Assembly (NCBI GenBank): GCA_038064695.1
Contig: JBBTSO010000001.1
Span: 635 to 64,634, forward strand
Direction: 5' to 3'
Source: Patescibacteria group bacterium
GTDB taxonomy: Bacteria; Patescibacteriota; Minisyncoccia; Phycocordibacterales; Phycocordibacteraceae
Length of the DNA stretch: 64,000 bases
Below, in pieces: positions 1 through 10,017 of the stretch; within the stretch, counting starts at the first letter, position 1; each line of letters starts with the position of its first letter. The position numbers and the translations under genes were made by a program. The notes under the pieces were generated by a model, which was not told the origin of the DNA, searched no databases, and saw only the letters and a program-made list of their open reading frames with translations.

Positions 1-510
1 AAAACATTTAACGCCAGCGAAGGATTTGCTGTTCCACCTGCCGAAACCAACGATGTAATTCAAAACCGTGGGGTAGAACTCACTGCCTTCTGTGTCATGC
101 CAAACCACTACCATCTAGTCGTGAAAGAAATACAAGAAGGTGGGATTGCATACTATCTACAACGTATTGGAACAGGATATACAAAATACTTCAATACCAA
201 ATACGAAACATCTGGCCGTATTTTTGAAAGCGCCTATAAAGCACGCCACGTCGGCGACAACAATTACCTCCTGTACCTCTCCACATATATTCATCGAAAC
301 CCGCGGGAGTTGAAACAGTGGAAGGACAAGGAATTTCACTACCCGTGGTCGTCGCTCCAAGATTTCACCGAGGGAAACCGGTGGGGTGGGCTTCTTATGT
401 CCGATATTATTGCGGATCAGTTTGACACGACCTCCAACAGTAACTATAAAGATTTTGTGAAAACAAGTACGGCCAAAATCTTGAAAAAAGAACTCGGGGA
501 GTTGCTTTAA
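1..510 (+). CDS. IS200/IS605-family (HUH Y1) transposase / REP-associated tyrosine transposase-like, 5'-truncated by window edge
   Basis: Frame is open from base 1 with no upstream stop; HUH motif in MPNHYHLVV; Tyr-containing C-terminal region YLLYLSTYIHRNP typical of Y1 transposases. Confidence 0.65.
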   Translation, partial: KTFNASEGFAVPPAETNDVIQNRGVELTAFCVMPNHYHLVVKEIQEGGIAYYLQRIGTGYTKYFNTKYETSGRIFESAYKARHVGDNNYLLYLSTYIHRNPRELKQWKDKEFHYPWSSLQDFTEGNRWGGLLMSDIIADQFDTTSNSNYKDFVKTSTAKILKKELGELL

Positions 511-512
511 AA

Positions 513-556
513 AAGCAGAATAAAACCTCCGCTAAGGCAGAGGTTTTTGAGGAGTT
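513..556. terminator. bidirectional rho-independent terminator
   Basis: AAACCTCCGC-TAAG-GCAGAGGTTT hairpin flanked by A-run and T-run. Confidence 0.5.
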
Positions 557-584
557 TTAATGTCGCTGAGAAATAGTGTCTTAC

Positions 585-770
585 CTACTCACACGTAGGA
601 CAACCAACCTCTCTCCAGTATCCGTGAGGACAGAAGCCGATAAACTCGCTATCGGGGAGCAGTAATAGCAACCCTACCGCAGCCAACCCTGCTAACGCAA
701 CTGGTATTTCGCGAGGAATGTGTAACCCTGAAACACGAGATTCTGTTTCAAGTCCGTGTAGAGATGTCAT
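585..770 (-). CDS. hypothetical small membrane protein (61 aa)
   Basis: ORF with hydrophobic core IPVALAGLAAVGLLLLL; ends at the bidirectional terminator; weak support. Confidence 0.25.
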   Translation of the reverse strand: MTSLHGLETESRVSGLHIPREIPVALAGLAAVGLLLLLPDSEFIGFCPHGYWREVGCPTCE

Positions 771-809
771 AGTAGTACTTCAAAAAATTATGGCTAATGA
801 TCTGAGAAC

Positions 810-845
810 AAAAAAGCCCTCCGGAGGGAGGGCTTTGTGATTTCG
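810..845. terminator. rho-independent terminator-like hairpin
   Basis: GCCCTCC-GGAG-GGAGGGC stem-loop (816-833) preceded by A-run, followed by TTTGT. Confidence 0.4.
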
Positions 846-999
846 AGATTGTTTGAGTGTCAGTTTTTACAAAATATCACAAAGCCCCCCTCCAATAAAG
901 AGGACGGCAAGCTTCTGTGTGTGATATGTCGAAAAGACTGACATAGAGATAACCTTACGCGTGCGCTAAAAACATGTCAACAAAACTTATCCCGAGTTT

Positions 1000-1032
1000 T
1001 TATAACAAAAACCCCCGCAAAGTGCGGGAGTT
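1000..1032 (-). terminator. terminator immediately downstream of rplB
   Basis: CCCGCA-aagt-TGCGGG hairpin 1014-1028 with T-run on minus strand right after rplB stop. Confidence 0.5.
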
Positions 1033-1037
1033 TAAAA

Positions 1038-1904
1038 TTATTTTCGTTTTTTGCCAACGCGACGGCGGGTAACAATGTGAACGTTTGAGTATTTCTTTGG
1101 CGTTCGTGTTTTCTGTCCCTTTCCTGTTGGCTTACCCCACATAGACACTGCGCGTCTACGTCCGCGGCCTTGGCGACCTTCACCTCCTCCGTGTGGGTGG
1201 TCTACCGGGTTCATGGCGGTACCACGAACCGTTGGGCGAATACCAAGGTGGCGTGAGCGACCAGCTTTACCAAGATTTTTCAAGCGGTATTCAGGGTTTG
1301 ATACTTCACCAATTGAGCCCCAGGCATTAATAGGAACTTTGCGAATTTCGGAAGATGGCATTTTAAGTTGAGCGTACCCTCCGTCGTGCGCAACCACTTC
1401 TGCATAAATACCGGCACTTCGTGCGATTTTGGCTCCTCCTCGTTCCTTCAATTCAACATTGAATACGAAGGTACCGACAGGAATTTTTGCGAGTGGTAAA
1501 CGATTCCCCGGAGTGAGCGGCGCTTCAGAAGAAGTGAGCACCGCACTTCCAACTCTAAGCGACTGTGGGGCGAGTATGTAGCGACGTTCACCGTCTCGAT
1601 ACACTACGCGTGCAATAAAGCCCGAGCGGTGTGGGTCGTATTCAAGGTGTTCAACGCGTCCCGGAACATCAATTTTATCAACAAAGTGAAAATCTACATT
1701 GCGACGCTTTTGTTTATTTCCTCCCCCCTGGTGGCGGGTAGTAATTCTGCCGTCGGAGTTTCTTCCTGCGTTTTTCTTTCCTCCTCGTACCAAACGTTTG
1801 AATGGTTTACCGGTGGTTAGCGTGTTGCGATAGCGGATAGTGCGCATCCCACGGGTGCCGGGACTTGTTGGTCTATGATTTTTTGTTTTTGAGTTTGATG
1901 CCAT
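1038..1904 (-). CDS. rplB: 50S ribosomal protein L2
   Basis: 288 aa; L2 signatures, e.g. GRNSDGRITTRHQGGG and RSAGIYAEVVAHDGGYA. Confidence 0.95.
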   Translation of the reverse strand: MASNSKTKNHRPTSPGTRGMRTIRYRNTLTTGKPFKRLVRGGKKNAGRNSDGRITTRHQGGGNKQKRRNVDFHFVDKIDVPGRVEHLEYDPHRSGFIARVVYRDGERRYILAPQSLRVGSAVLTSSEAPLTPGNRLPLAKIPVGTFVFNVELKERGGAKIARSAGIYAEVVAHDGGYAQLKMPSSEIRKVPINAWGSIGEVSNPEYRLKNLGKAGRSRHLGIRPTVRGTAMNPVDHPHGGGEGRQGRGRRRAVSMWGKPTGKGQKTRTPKKYSNVHIVTRRRVGKKRK

Positions 1905-1910
1905 ATATCA

Positions 1911-2294
1911 CTATGATGAAAATTCAATACGATCACCCTCCTTGAGAAACACGTACGCTTTTTTGAATGCTCTCTTTGTACCGTATCCACGGCGAGTGCG
2001 CAAACTCACCCTTTTTGCCGGCACGTTCACCATGTTTACTTTAACGGGGGTAACGTGATATGCATCTTTAATTGCTGACGCGACTCCTGCTTTCGTAGCG
2101 CGTGGGGACACTTCAAACGTATACACATTTTCTGCTGTTTTTTGTGCAGCCTTTTCAGTAATGCGTGGGCGCGTGAGCATCATTGCATACATGCCTGACA
2201 CTTTTTCTCCCCCCGAAGTGACATTCGTTTTTTTAGCAGCACGCGGTGCTGATTTTTTCTTTTCTGTTTTTTTATCGTTTCCAAAAAGTGCCAT
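1911..2294 (-). CDS. rplW: 50S ribosomal protein L23 with Lys-rich N-terminal extension
   Basis: C-terminal KKAYVFLKEGDRIEF matches L23; 3-bp spacing to rplD supports long start. Confidence 0.85.
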   Translation of the reverse strand: MALFGNDKKTEKKKSAPRAAKKTNVTSGGEKVSGMYAMMLTRPRITEKAAQKTAENVYTFEVSPRATKAGVASAIKDAYHVTPVKVNMVNVPAKRVSLRTRRGYGTKRAFKKAYVFLKEGDRIEFSS

Positions 2295-2297
2295 ACG

Positions 2298-3056
2298 TTA
2301 CTTCATTCGTTTAGTGAGTGTCTCGAGCGCTGCCTCCGGGTTAGTAATAACCAAGAAGCGGTAGTTCATGATATCAACCGGGTTTAGGTTACGCGCCTCG
2401 TCCACTTTTACATTCCCCATATTGCTAAAACTTTTCTTTAGATTTGAATCAGGGGCACCGGTGATAATGAGCGCTGCATTGTTGCGACGAGTCGCGAGTT
2501 CTTCAAACCCTTTTACTCCTCCCAAAGCGCCCAAAAGTGCCTTTGCCTCTTTTGTTTTTGGAACAGAAAACACTGACTCTACAAAGAGCACGCGTGTTTT
2601 GCCGAACCGCTCTGATAGTACTGCGGCAAGAGCTCCCGTGCGCATTTTTTTATTGATTTTTTGTGAGTAGTCTTTCTCGTTACGAGGACCGAAGGTAATA
2701 CCTCCACCCTTCCAAATAGGTGAACGGCTTGAACCATGGCGAGCGCGCCCTGTTCCTTTTTGCTTCCACGGTTTCTTACCTCCTCCGCGAACTTCCCCAC
2801 GTGTTTTAGTGTGTGCAACCGGAGTGCGCGCGTTTGCCTCCATTGCCAACACTACCTGACGCACCAGTGAATCATTTTTTGCCGCGCCAAATAATACTTC
2901 AGGAAGCTCTATAGAACGAGCTACTTTCCCTTTCATGTCATACACGGATGCAGAAAGCGCACCTGGAGTAGCTGATTTTGCAGGTACTTTTGCCTTTGAA
3001 ACGCGAGGTTTCTTTGTAACTACTGCTTTCTTTGTTGTTGTTTTTTTCGTGACCAT
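2298..3056 (-). CDS. rplD: 50S ribosomal protein L4 with Lys/Thr-rich N-terminal extension
   Basis: GGGKKPWKQKGTGRARHGS core motif of uL4; 5-bp spacing to rplC. Confidence 0.9.
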   Translation of the reverse strand: MVTKKTTTKKAVVTKKPRVSKAKVPAKSATPGALSASVYDMKGKVARSIELPEVLFGAAKNDSLVRQVVLAMEANARTPVAHTKTRGEVRGGGKKPWKQKGTGRARHGSSRSPIWKGGGITFGPRNEKDYSQKINKKMRTGALAAVLSERFGKTRVLFVESVFSVPKTKEAKALLGALGGVKGFEELATRRNNAALIITGAPDSNLKKSFSNMGNVKVDEARNLNPVDIMNYRFLVITNPEAALETLTKRMK

Positions 3057-3061
3057 ATATT

Positions 3062-3661
3062 TTATTGTGAAACTACTTCAACAAACTGCCCACGGCGGCC
3101 TGGAACAGCGCCTTTTACAAATAACTCACCACGCTCAGTATCAACGCGAACGATTTTTACATTTTTTATAGTGATGCGATCGCCACCCATGCGGCCTGCC
3201 ATGCGCATACCTTTCACCACGCGCCCTCCTGCGCGGCCTGGACCTCCGCCGATAGACCCTGCTTCGCGTTCAGAGTGCTTCTGGCCGTGTGAACGTCTCC
3301 CTCCGTGGAAGCCGTGACGCTTCACCACTCCCGCAAATCCTTTTCCTTTTGAAATAGCTGAAACAGTGATGAGGTCGCCAGGAGTAAAGCCATCAAGCGT
3401 TATGACATCGCCCACCCCAAGACCTTCTACGGGAAATTCTTTATATTTTGCAAAAAGACCTTTAGGACGTTGTGCTTTGTGTACGTTTTTTTCTTTCTTT
3501 ACCCCGTACCCAACTTGAGTCGCAGCATACCCGTCTTTGTCGGCAGTTTTTACCTGCGTTACCTTCACCTCACCAACAGTAATGACCGTCACTGGGGTGA
3601 CGTTGCCGTCAGTGTCAAACACCTGGCTCATTCCTTTCTTGGTTCCGATGATGATTTTCAT
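3062..3661 (-). CDS. rplC: 50S ribosomal protein L3
   Basis: MKIIIGTKKGMSQVFDTDGNVTPVTVI N-terminus typical of uL3. Confidence 0.95.
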   Translation of the reverse strand: MKIIIGTKKGMSQVFDTDGNVTPVTVITVGEVKVTQVKTADKDGYAATQVGYGVKKEKNVHKAQRPKGLFAKYKEFPVEGLGVGDVITLDGFTPGDLITVSAISKGKGFAGVVKRHGFHGGRRSHGQKHSEREAGSIGGGPGRAGGRVVKGMRMAGRMGGDRITIKNVKIVRVDTERGELFVKGAVPGRRGQFVEVVSQ

Positions 3662-3795
3662 GCTGTTTTATGGTCAGAATTTTGGCTTTGCAAAATCCTG
3701 TACAAGAAAACGCGCGAATGGCTTCCCATCCGCGCGTTGCGCGAGAGAGCCATTGGTTGAGTCCTTCGCAGAGCTCAACGTAGCGTTATGAAAGT

Positions 3796-3824
3796 ACTAT
3801 ACAGGAAGTATCTCAAAAATGCAA
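3796..3824 (-). promoter_or_regulatory. sigma70-type promoter for rplC-rplD-rplW-rplB
   Basis: Minus strand TTGCAT(3819-3824)-N17-TATAGT(3796-3801); about 130-nt leader starting CATAACGCT. Confidence 0.55.
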
Positions 3825-3845
3825 ACTCGTTTACCCTCTGAAGGG

Positions 3846-3998
3846 CTATCTAGGGCCTACAGCTCTAAAAATTGCGAGAAATGTTAGTACAGGAAGACCT
3901 AAACAAAGAGCAATACCTGCTAACGATTCTAGTTCTCCCAAAACACCATCATTATTAAAATCAAACAATTCCTCTGCGTTCGTAAGTTTTTCAGCCAT
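3846..3998 (-). CDS. 50-aa tail-anchored protein with a canonical EF-hand Ca-binding loop
   Basis: MAEKLTNAEELFDFNNDGVLGELESLAGIALCLGLPVLTFLAIFRAVGPR; DFNNDGVLGELE fits DxNxDGxIxxxE; TTGACA(4030-35)-N17-TAGTAT(4007-12) 8 nt upstream of ATG on minus strand. Confidence 0.4.
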   Translation of the reverse strand: MAEKLTNAEELFDFNNDGVLGELESLAGIALCLGLPVLTFLAIFRAVGPR

Positions 3999-4102
3999 AT
4001 AAAGGCATACTATCACATCGTTCTTTATTTGTCAACCCCCCCGTAATAGTTCAATACCTTGGAATCACCCTCGAGGATTTAAGGTATGGGAGTGTCATAT
4101 AC

Positions 4103-4131
4103 TAAAACCACCCCGCGCGGGGTGGTTTTTC
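4103..4131. terminator. bidirectional rho-independent terminator
   Basis: Perfect ACCACCCCGC/GCGGGGTGGT stem 4108-4125 flanked by AAAA and TTTTT. Confidence 0.7.
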
Positions 4132-4300
4132 ACTCATCACTGTTCACTTTTCATTGATCTTCAAAGGTCTTCAAAAAATACAAGAATTTTTATTCTGTTG
4201 GAATCAGGTAGGGAGCAAGGGCGGTTGCAATCATACCTAGCCTTTCTAGCGTTATGAAAGCACTACAGGCTCCCTCCCAAAAAATGCAAGAAACTAAAAC

Positions 4301-4328
4301 TTGACATTTTCCAAAAAAAAAATATACT
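4301..4328 (+). promoter_or_regulatory. sigma70-type promoter, leaderless
   Basis: TTGACA(4301-06)-N16-TATACT(4323-28), ATG at 4335. Confidence 0.55.
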
Positions 4329-4334
4329 ACTGAA

Positions 4335-4517
4335 ATGAAAATAGAACATGCAGCAATGGCAATTGGTGTTAGCGGGTTAATTTTAGGTGCGTTTAACATC
4401 GGTGAAGAGCGCGGGCGCGGAGAATACGATTTTGATGAATCAGAACTTGGAATAGTATTTTCTCTCGCAGGCACGATTGGTTCGTTACTAGTACTACTAA
4501 TAAGACGTAGAAACTAA
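4335..4517 (+). CDS. hypothetical small membrane protein (60 aa)
   Basis: Hydrophobic segments MAIGVSGLILGAF and LAGTIGSLLVLLI; consensus promoter and terminator flank it. Confidence 0.5.
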   Translation: MKIEHAAMAIGVSGLILGAFNIGEERGRGEYDFDESELGIVFSLAGTIGSLLVLLIRRRN

Positions 4518-4518
4518 C

Positions 4519-4555
4519 AAAAAAACCACTCCTTTCGGGGTGGTTTTTCTTTTCT
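4519..4555. terminator. rho-independent terminator
   Basis: ACCACTCC-TTTC-GGGGTGGT hairpin then T-run. Confidence 0.55.
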
Positions 4556-4719
4556 GAATGCTGTCTGCTGAATGCTCCGCGGTTTTTACTGATCACTCAT
4601 CACTGGTTCCTCTCCACTGATTTTACTGCCGACGTAAAACAAGCCGCCCGTCTGATCCACGTTCTCACGAACGTGGTATTTCGCGAGCGGCTACCATGGT
4701 GTTTTGCTGGTTACAGCAA

Positions 4720-4749
4720 GAAAAAATCCCGCCGAAGCGGGATTTTTTC
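4720..4749. terminator. terminator directly after rpsJ
   Basis: AAAAAATCCCGC-CGAA-GCGGGATTTTTT perfect hairpin abutting rpsJ stop at 4750. Confidence 0.7.
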
Positions 4750-5109
4750 TTACATCATCTTCACATCAACGGACACTCCCGACGGAAGCCCGAGGTTGGA
4801 AAGTGAGTCAACAATTTTTGGCGTAGGGTTCAAGATGTCCAAAATACGTTTGTGCGTGCGCATTTCAAACTGCTCGCGTGAATCTTTGTCGATGAACGCG
4901 CCACGGTTAACCGTAAACTTTTTAATATCGGTTGGAAGCGGAATGGGGCCCACTACGCTCGCCTCAAGGCGAAGCGCGGTATCAATAATCTGCTTTACCG
5001 AACTATCAACGAGTTTGTGGTCGTAGCCACGCACCTTGATACGGAGTTTTGTGGATTCCGCGACTGGTGCTTTTTTGCGAGAAGCTTTTGGTTTTGTTGA
5101 AGTTGCCAT
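4750..5109 (-). CDS. rpsJ: 30S ribosomal protein S10
   Basis: KLRIKVRGYDHKLVDSSVKQIIDTA and RTHKRILDI match uS10. Confidence 0.95.
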   Translation of the reverse strand: MATSTKPKASRKKAPVAESTKLRIKVRGYDHKLVDSSVKQIIDTALRLEASVVGPIPLPTDIKKFTVNRGAFIDKDSREQFEMRTHKRILDILNPTPKIVDSLSNLGLPSGVSVDVKMM

Positions 5110-5134
5110 AGAGAATTCTTCTCGTGCCTAAGCT

Positions 5135-6331
<1,197 letters not shown>

Positions 6332-6425
6332 ATATAAGTGATGAGTTAAGAGTAATGAGTAAACAGATTAATAAGTGACTGCGGCTGCCCACAGACGAAA
6401 ACACGCGTGAAGCGTTATGCTTTAT

Positions 6426-6452
6426 AGTATAGGTTTAACGAGGAACCGTCAA
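6426..6452 (-). promoter_or_regulatory. sigma70-type promoter for tuf
   Basis: Minus strand TTGACG(6447-52)-N15-TATACT(6426-31); leader again begins ...CATAACGCT. Confidence 0.45.
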
Positions 6453-6467
6453 GAAAAAGAATAGTAC

Positions 6468-6749
6468 TTAATGAAAGACAGGCTCCCGATCTCTATGAGT
6501 AATTTTTATAATTATGTACACAAAACCACCCGGTAACACGACCCACTTTAAAATTTGAATCTGGAGACCTCCCTCTAAAAGACCCCAAAGGAACTTAGCC
6601 GCCTCTTCTACGGAAGAGAACATGTTTTCAATAACCTCTACGGAAGCTTCTCCAGTATCTTCCGCGACATCATTTAAAAAGCTAAACTCCTCTTCTTTAA
6701 AGAAAAGTCCGTCTGTTATGTCACGCACCATGTCCAAAAACCCTTCCAT
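6468..6749 (-). CDS. hypothetical acidic protein (93 aa) between fusA and tuf
   Basis: Own promoter TTGACA(6779-84)-N16-TATCAT(6757-62) 7 nt before ATG; no recognisable motif. Confidence 0.4.
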   Translation of the reverse strand: MEGFLDMVRDITDGLFFKEEEFSFLNDVAEDTGEASVEVIENMFSSVEEAAKFLWGLLEGGLQIQILKWVVLPGGFVYIIIKITHRDREPVFH

Positions 6750-6804
6750 AGGACTAATGATACAATATATTTTGTAACTGTCAATTATTTACACTCAACA
6801 ACTC

Positions 6805-8955
6805 CTATTTCCTGTTTGCCTTGATCTCCTCGGCAACGTTTGGAGGAACGACTGCGTAGTGGTGGAACTCCATGGTCATCTGCCCACGGCCTTCAGTCAT
6901 AGAGCGCAATTGCGTGGTATACCCGAACATTTCGGAAAGTGGAACGAGTGCGTTCACTACCTTCGCGAGCCCGCGTTCACTCATTGAGTCAATGGTGCCG
7001 CGCTTTGCCGTAATGCTGCCGGTGACATCCCCCATGAATTTATCAGGAAACACTACTTCTACTTTCATGACCGGTTCCAGCAACACTGCTTTGGCGCGCT
7101 CCGCTGCTTCTTTAAACGCGTTGATGGCAGCGAGTTTGAAGGCGATTTCTGATGAGTCAACGTCGTGGTACGAACCATCGTTCAACTCAACTGAAATATC
7201 AACCATTTTGTACCCGGCGACGTACCCACGCTCCATTGCCTCTTTGACTCCCTTTTCAACGGCAGGAATAAATTCTTGTGGAATAACCCCTCCCTTGATG
7301 TTGTTGACGAACTCAAAGTGATCTTCGCGGTTCACGTTCTTTTTCACTTTTGCCCCCTCCTCAACTGGTTCCAGCGGTTTAATTTTAAGTACCACGTGTC
7401 CGTACTGACCTTTACCTCCTGTCTGCTTCACATACTTGTAGTTTGCTTCTGCCTCTTTCTGGATAGTTTCGCGATATGCCACTTGTGGTTTACCGGTGTT
7501 TGCCTCTACCTTAAACTCACGCTTCATACGGTCAACGATGATGTCCAAGTGGAGTTCACCCATTCCTGAAATAATCGTCTCGCCTGTCTCTTGATCGCCC
7601 GCCACGCGGAAAGTTGGATCTTCGTCAGCCAATTTCTTAAGCGCGACGCCCATTTTTTCCTGATCTTGTTTTGTTTTTGGCTCTACGCGAACTGACACCA
7701 CTGGTTCAGGGAAGACAATTTCTTCCAAGATAATTGGGTTTGCTTCATCACACAGTGTGTGCGACGTGCGCGCGTCTTTAAGCCCTACCGCTGCGGCAAT
7801 TTCTCCCGCAAACACTTCTTTAATTTCTTCACGCTTGTCAGCTTGCAAACGAACAATGCGGCTCAAACGCTCTTTGTCGCCTGTCGTTGAATTGTAAATA
7901 TATGAACCTGCTTCTACTTTTCCTGAGTACACGCGGAAGAACGTGAGCGCTCCCACAAAGGGATCGGTTTGAAGTTTGAATGCAAGTGCGCAGAATGGCT
8001 CTGAATCTGACGCATGGCGTTCAATTTCTGCTCCCGTTTTTGGATCGATACCTTTAATAGCAGGCACGTCCAAAGGAGAGGGTAGGTATTCAACAACGGC
8101 ATCCAACACCAACTGCACCCCTTTGTTTTTGAGGGCGCTTCCCGTAAATACAGGAACAATTTTATTTGCAATAACTGCCTTGCGGAGTGTCGCTTTCAAC
8201 TCTTCTAAAGATGGTTCTTTCCCATCCAAGTACGACGTCATGAGTGCGTCGTCTTGTTCAACAATTTTATCAATGAGTTCGTGACGATATTTTTCTACAT
8301 CGGCTTTAAGGTTTTCAGGGATTGTTTCTTCATAGCGGACTGTTTTCCCCATTTCTCCTTCAAAGTAGACGGCGCGACGGGTGAGCAAGTCAATAACTCC
8401 CTCGTGCGCATCTTCTTCACCAATAGGAATTTGCATACGGACAGCATCTTTCGTGAGGCGATCCAAAATAGATGCGTAGGAACGTTCAAATGAGGCGCCG
8501 GTGCGGTCAAGTTTATTTATGAAACAGATGCGGGGCACCCCCCCTTCGTCGGCGTAACGCCAGTTGGTTTCTGATTGTGGTTCTACTCCGGCAACGCCGT
8601 CAAACACCACCACCGCACCGTCCAACACGCGAAGTGATCGCTTTACCTCCACCGTAAAGTCAATGTGGCCTGGGGTGTCAATAATGTTAAAAGAAAAACG
8701 TTTTGCAGGGTCTTTTTGATCAGGCTCAATAGTGGTTGCCCACGTACACGAAACTGCGGCGGCAGTAATGGTGATACCGCGTTCGCGTTCTTGCTCCATC
8801 CAGTCGGTCGTCGTTTCCCCGTCGTGCACTTCACCAATTTTGTGGCTCATTCCGGTATAGAAAAGCACGCGCTCAGACGTGGTGGTTTTACCCGCGTCAA
8901 TGTGCGCAATAATTCCGAAGTTACGAACTTTCTCCAGTGGGTATTGGCGTGCCAT
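6805..8955 (-). CDS. fusA: elongation factor G
   Basis: 716 aa; [24 protein letters not shown] and DTPGHIDFT motifs. Confidence 0.97.
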   Translation of the reverse strand: MARQYPLEKVRNFGIIAHIDAGKTTTSERVLFYTGMSHKIGEVHDGETTTDWMEQERERGITITAAAVSCTWATTIEPDQKDPAKRFSFNIIDTPGHIDFTVEVKRSLRVLDGAVVVFDGVAGVEPQSETNWRYADEGGVPRICFINKLDRTGASFERSYASILDRLTKDAVRMQIPIGEEDAHEGVIDLLTRRAVYFEGEMGKTVRYEETIPENLKADVEKYRHELIDKIVEQDDALMTSYLDGKEPSLEELKATLRKAVIANKIVPVFTGSALKNKGVQLVLDAVVEYLPSPLDVPAIKGIDPKTGAEIERHASDSEPFCALAFKLQTDPFVGALTFFRVYSGKVEAGSYIYNSTTGDKERLSRIVRLQADKREEIKEVFAGEIAAAVGLKDARTSHTLCDEANPIILEEIVFPEPVVSVRVEPKTKQDQEKMGVALKKLADEDPTFRVAGDQETGETIISGMGELHLDIIVDRMKREFKVEANTGKPQVAYRETIQKEAEANYKYVKQTGGKGQYGHVVLKIKPLEPVEEGAKVKKNVNREDHFEFVNNIKGGVIPQEFIPAVEKGVKEAMERGYVAGYKMVDISVELNDGSYHDVDSSEIAFKLAAINAFKEAAERAKAVLLEPVMKVEVVFPDKFMGDVTGSITAKRGTIDSMSERGLAKVVNALVPLSEMFGYTTQLRSMTEGRGQMTMEFHHYAVVPPNVAEEIKANRK

Positions 8956-9017
8956 ATTTAAAAGTATTCAGTAGTGAGTATTAAGTATAAGGTATAAGAA
9001 AACTAAGGACGAATGAA

Positions 9018-9488
9018 TTACCACGCGAGATGGGCAAACGCACGGTTTGCTTCTGCCATTCGGTGCACGTCGTCTCGTTTTTTCACCGCAGCGCCTTCAT
9101 TCTTTGAAGCAGCAATGAGCTCATCAGCAAGTTTCATGTACATTGGTTTTCCTTTGGTTGCGCGAGCCGTAGCAAGAATCCAACGGAACGCGAGCGAGCG
9201 ACGGCGTTCAGGTCTCACCTCAACAGGAACCTGGTAGTTTGCGCCACCGACACGCTTTGAACGCGTTTCAACGGTTGGGGAAATGTTTTGGATTGCCATT
9301 TCAAAAACGGCGAGTGGGTCCGCGGCATTGTCACGGTTCTTTATTTCATCAAGCGCAGCGTATACCGCTTTTCGCGCCACTGACTTTTTACCACTCACCA
9401 TGAGCACATTTATAAAACGACCAAGCAACTCCGAGTTGTATCGGTCTTCTTGAGGAGCATCATGTTTATGTTTGATTGGTCTTCGCAT
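9018..9488 (-). CDS. rpsG: 30S ribosomal protein S7
   Basis: FINVLMVSGKKSVARKAVYAALDEI and RVGGANYQVPVEVRPERR typical of uS7. Confidence 0.95.
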   Translation of the reverse strand: MRRPIKHKHDAPQEDRYNSELLGRFINVLMVSGKKSVARKAVYAALDEIKNRDNAADPLAVFEMAIQNISPTVETRSKRVGGANYQVPVEVRPERRRSLAFRWILATARATKGKPMYMKLADELIAASKNEGAAVKKRDDVHRMAEANRAFAHLAW

Positions 9489-9529
9489 ATAAATAAAAAG
9501 TGGCTAGTTGATAGTGGTTAGTGTACAGC

Positions 9530-9940
9530 TTAGGCTTTAGGACGTTTCGCGCCGTATCGTGAACGACTGCGACGGCGTTTCTCCAAACCGGCGGTGTCCA
9601 ATTTACCACGAACCACGGTGTAGCGAAGGGATACGTCTTTCACACGTCCGCCGCGAAGCATCACCACTGAGTGTTCCTGAAGATTGTGTCCTTCTCCGGG
9701 TATGTAGGCGGTTACCTCCATACCATTTGAAAGGCGCACACGGGCAATTTTACGAATGGCAGAGTTCGGTTTGCGAGGAGTTTTGGTGGTGACCTTGGTA
9801 CACACACCACGTTTGAAAGGAGACGGGTAGTACGTTGGTTTGTTCTTTACGCTGTTGAAACCACGTTGAAGAGCCACGGTTTTTGATTTTCGTGCCCGTT
9901 TATTTCGGGGGTTTCTTCGAAGTTGGTTAATGGTAGACAT
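9530..9940 (-). CDS. rpsL: 30S ribosomal protein S12 (start at internal MSTINQL; ORF-track start 10006 probably too long)
   Basis: [12 protein letters not shown] ... [25 protein letters not shown] classic uS12. Confidence 0.93.
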   Translation of the reverse strand: MSTINQLRRNPRNKRARKSKTVALQRGFNSVKNKPTYYPSPFKRGVCTKVTTKTPRKPNSAIRKIARVRLSNGMEVTAYIPGEGHNLQEHSVVMLRGGRVKDVSLRYTVVRGKLDTAGLEKRRRSRSRYGAKRPKA

Positions 9941-10017
9941 CGTAATGAAAAAACCACAACGAGGGTGGTTAAAGGAAACTATACTATTCCCACAGGAAAA
10001 ACGCAAACCCTGAACCT

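Noticed and set aside
2192-2294. Shorter start for rplW at the internal Met (MYAMMLTRPR)
   Set aside because: The 3-bp rplD-rplW spacing and the similar Lys-rich extension on rplD favour the long form. It cannot be settled from sequence alone.
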